This document shows, piece after piece, positions 60,043 through 64,000 of a stretch of DNA of 64,000 bases. Made by a program: the position numbers and the translations under genes. The DNA is from Eledone cirrhosa. Its lineage: Eukaryota. Below the pieces are notes generated by a model that did not search any database, was not told where the DNA came from, and saw only the letters and a program-made list of their open reading frames with translations. Every line of letters starts with the position of its first letter. Position 1 is the stretch's first letter. Where the stretch lies: NCBI GenBank assembly GCA_964016885.1, contig OZ024748.1, positions 31,744,001 through 31,808,000 of the forward strand, given 5' to 3'.

Positions 60043-60218
60043 ATATATATATATATTGTATATATATATATTGTAAATATATATATATATATATATTGTA
60101 TATAATATATATATATATTGTATATATATATATTGTATATATATATATATATTGTATATATATATATTGTATATATATATATATATTGTATATATATATA
60201 TTGTATATATATATATTG

Positions 60219-60290
<72 letters not shown>

Positions 60291-60317
60291 ATATATATAT
60301 ATTGTTTATATATATAT

Positions 60318-60348
<31 letters not shown>

Positions 60349-60533
60349 TGTATATATATATATATTTTATATATATATATATATTGTATACATATATATA
60401 TATAAATATTGTATACATATATATATATATATATATATTGTATATATATATATTGTATACATATATATATTTATTGTATATATATATATATATATATATT
60501 GTATATATATATATATATTGTATATATATATAT

Positions 60534-60589
<56 letters not shown>

Positions 60590-61065
60590 ATATATATAAA
60601 TTGTATATATATATATATATCGTATTTATACATATTGTATATATATATAAATATTTTATATATATATATATTGTATATATATATATATATATATTGTATA
60701 TATATATATATATATTGTATATATATATATATATATTGTATATATATATATATTGTATATATATATATATATATATTGTATATATGTATATATTTATATA
60801 TATATATATTATATATATATATATTGTATATATATATTGTATATATATATATATTGTATATATATATATATACAATATATATATATATTGTATATCTATA
60901 TTTTATATATACATTGTGTATATATATATAGTATAGATATATATATATATTGTATACATATATATATATATATATATTGTATATATATATATTTTGTATG
61001 TATATATATATATTGTATATATATATAAATATTGTATATATATATATATATATATAGTATATATA

Positions 61066-63304
61066 TTTAGTGTTAAGGACAGTTAGAAAGAAAGACGTAG
61101 AGAAGCAATAAATGTATGTAAAGAAAAACAGAGAGAGATAGAGAGAGATATGGGAGAGAGAAATTGTGAGGAGGTGAAAAATGAGAGGCAGCTGAAGTAA
61201 CAGATGAATAATAATAATCATCATACAAATTGAGAGATTTAGGAGGGAGGGAGTACTGTAATTATTTATTTATTTATTTAGTTATAGTGTTAAGGAGACG
61301 GAGATAAATACCGCGATACTTAGATTACATCATGTATAGAGGGAGGAGAAGAAAGCTATATCTAGAGAGAAGGATGACAGATTTACAACTTTACGTTATG
61401 TCCCATCATTTTGAATTATCAATTCATATGAATTGGGTATTATACTGTAAATATCAATATTCATGAATGAGACAGACATATAATGTGTGAAAAATAATGA
61501 CCATATGTTTAGTTTAAAAATTCTTAGGTCTATATACCAAAAACTGAGATAAAACTTTAAAATACATAAGTATATATGTACTTACCGGAAAAAGAAAGAA
61601 AGAGAAAAAGAAAAAGAGAAGGTCATCTCATTCTAGTTGACACTATAGATATACACGTGAACATACGTGATCAACTCTGTAATTTCTTATTTCACATGAA
61701 AAATTGTTTTCCCTTGCGTTATAAAAGATCTTACTATATATATATATACATACATACACATACATAAAAATATATATTAATATTAATATTCCTGCCCTCA
61801 CATACATGATTATCGTTCATGTATAGAATAGACAACAGATATCAATATATCAAAACGCTAAGAATACTTTCATCACTCCCTAGAGTGTCTAGGGCCTTAA
61901 AAGAACACAGTATGCCCCCCATATCAACCACAGAAATCAACCCTTCCAATTCATCTGACAATATATTGCCAAGTTCATTAGAAGCAATCAGAATCAAGAG
62001 CAAACAAAAAACAAAATTATTCAACAAGACTTATTTAGCAGAAATCATTTAAAAGATTTAGGGGACCCTGTTGTTCTACAGATGCTCTAATATTTAGTAT
62101 AGAAGTTTATCTAGCGTAAAATTTATTCAATAGATTGGGAGCATCTACATTTTAGGGTAGTTTAATTACATCATTAGTATATATCTATGAAGAAGGTTTA
62201 AAAAAGAAAAAGTTGAAGGAATCGAAAGATTTATCGTCAGGTTTCATAATTAATTAAATAAATAACTTAACTAAATATACTACATTTTAAATTTATATTT
62301 ATATTTAAACGTTGAGTTCAATCTATGTCTGCAGCAACTGAATAAATTGGTCCTTAGATTAAGGGAATTTTTAGATTTTAATATAAAGAATATCTCCTCC
62401 ACGCAGAGGTCACATGTCTCAGATGAGGAATTAAAAGGAATCCCTCTTGAGACTATATTCCAAAACAACGAATATCCAACGTTATCATGTTTAAGTTGCC
62501 AGAGTAAGCCTGATAGTGAAGTTGAAGATTTTTTGCCTGGATCTGTGAAAGAATTCTTATGATTATTATAGCGAAGTTTAAATTCTGTCGAGCTGGAACC
62601 AACATAGTTAAAAGAATTTAAGTCAGTTTTAACATTACAATTGTATATTATATTTTTAACTAAGCAATTGTTATTTAACGGACATTTAGATTTATTTCTA
62701 CAGTTACAGTTGTTTAATTGAATATTGTTTAGGCTATTATCGGTATTTTGGCTAGGTTTTAGATTCCTATTATTTATTCTGTTAATATTTTGTGCTAAGT
62801 TTTTGGTGGACGAGTAAGTTAATTTTATAGTATGTCTGATATTTATGTGTTCTAGGGAAGCGTTTGTCAAGAGCACTAAAAAATAGTTTAGCAATGTGGG
62901 TTTTAATATTTTGTGAGAAAGGGGGAGCAAACCATATTATATTTCTAGTTCTATTTCTTTTCTGGCTTTTAGAATTATTGTAATGTTTTCTATTATAGTT
63001 GTTAAAGTTGTTACCGTAATTAAAATTGTTGTTATATTGGTTAGTTTGCCTATTAGTATCGATGTACATAATTTTATCACTATATCCTGCTCTAGCTAAC
63101 GCTTCATTGTAATACTGCGCTTTTTCGTCGAAAATATTTTTATTAGATGAAATTCTTGAGATACGTTCTTGAATAGAGTTCACTATAGTATGTTTAACAG
63201 ATCTGGGGTGATTAGAGTTAAACTATCCATTTCACAAACTAAATGAAAACTTGAATTATGTCAGTTTTAACTCTAATCACCCCAGATATGTTAAACATAC
63301 TATA
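61066..63304 (-). mobile_element. 5'-truncated Hydra-clade-like PLE with short 5' inversion (63225-63304)
   Basis: 63184-63221 is inverted at 63266-63304. The plus piece reads PFHKLNENLNYVSFNSNHP. No HHR was found in the retained UTR. Confidence 0.85.
62280..63221 (-). pseudogene. PLE thumb + linker + GIY-YIG EN, frameshifted
   Basis: NSNHP, RISRISS, IIWFAPPFS, CNCRNKSKCPLNNNCL, IIYNC...YVGSS..FKLRYNNH, CDLC. Confidence 0.9.
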
Positions 63305-63826
63305 TATATATATATTGTATATATATATATATATTGTATATATATATACATTGTGTATATACATATAGTATAGATAAATATATATATTGTATACATATTT
63401 ATATATATATATATTGTATATATATATTGTATATATATATATATAAATATGTATATATATATGGTATATATATATATATATTGTATATATATATATTGTA
63501 TATATATATACATTGTGTATATATATATAGTATAGATATATATATATATTGTATACATATTTATATATATATATTGTATATATATATTGTATATATATAT
63601 ATAGTATAGATATATATATATATTGTATACATATTTATATATATATATTGTATATATATATTGTATATATATATATATATATATATAAATATTGTATATA
63701 TATATATATAGTATATATATATATTTATTGTATATATATATATAATATATATATTGTATATATATATATTGTATTAATTGTATATATATATATTGTATAT
63801 ATATTGTATATATATATTGTATATAT

Positions 63827-63911
<85 letters not shown>

Positions 63912-64000
63912 CTATATATATATATATATATACTATATATACATATTGTTTATATATATATATTGTATATATATATATATGGTATATATATATATTGTAT

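Noticed and set aside
62231-62248. Minus-strand CTGACGA as a hammerhead core
   Set aside because: No downstream GAAA with pairing stems found.

Overview
AT-rich eukaryotic (probably invertebrate) repeat region with no host genes. The backbone is a (TA)n microsatellite punctuated by TTG, almost always on the + strand. Most ORFs in the track (YIYIY...) are artefacts of this repeat. Inserted into it are: (i) about seven Penelope-like retroelements (PLEs) with a C-terminal GIY-YIG endonuclease, comprising five 5'-truncated copies with a CxCx5C linker (Hydra-clade-like), one near-full-length frameshifted RT+EN copy at 33.8-37.8 kb and one Neptune-like copy; (ii) a CR1/L2-group LINE with an intact APE-RT ORF2; (iii) two RTE 3' fragments; (iv) many short non-coding elements carrying type I hammerhead ribozyme (HHR) motifs. 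I read more than 25 HHR motifs or fragments from about 15 sequence families. Several form head-to-tail or terminally redundant units (310, 483, 628 and possibly 592 nt), as expected for retrozyme-like circular RNAs copied by PLE RT. Many cores are non-canonical (U3-A8 covariant, U4A, U4C) or have long stem II insertions. Most PLE-type insertions are built from two oppositely oriented copies joined 5'-to-5'. All RNA folds were done by eye and clade names come from recalled motifs, so both need computational confirmation.
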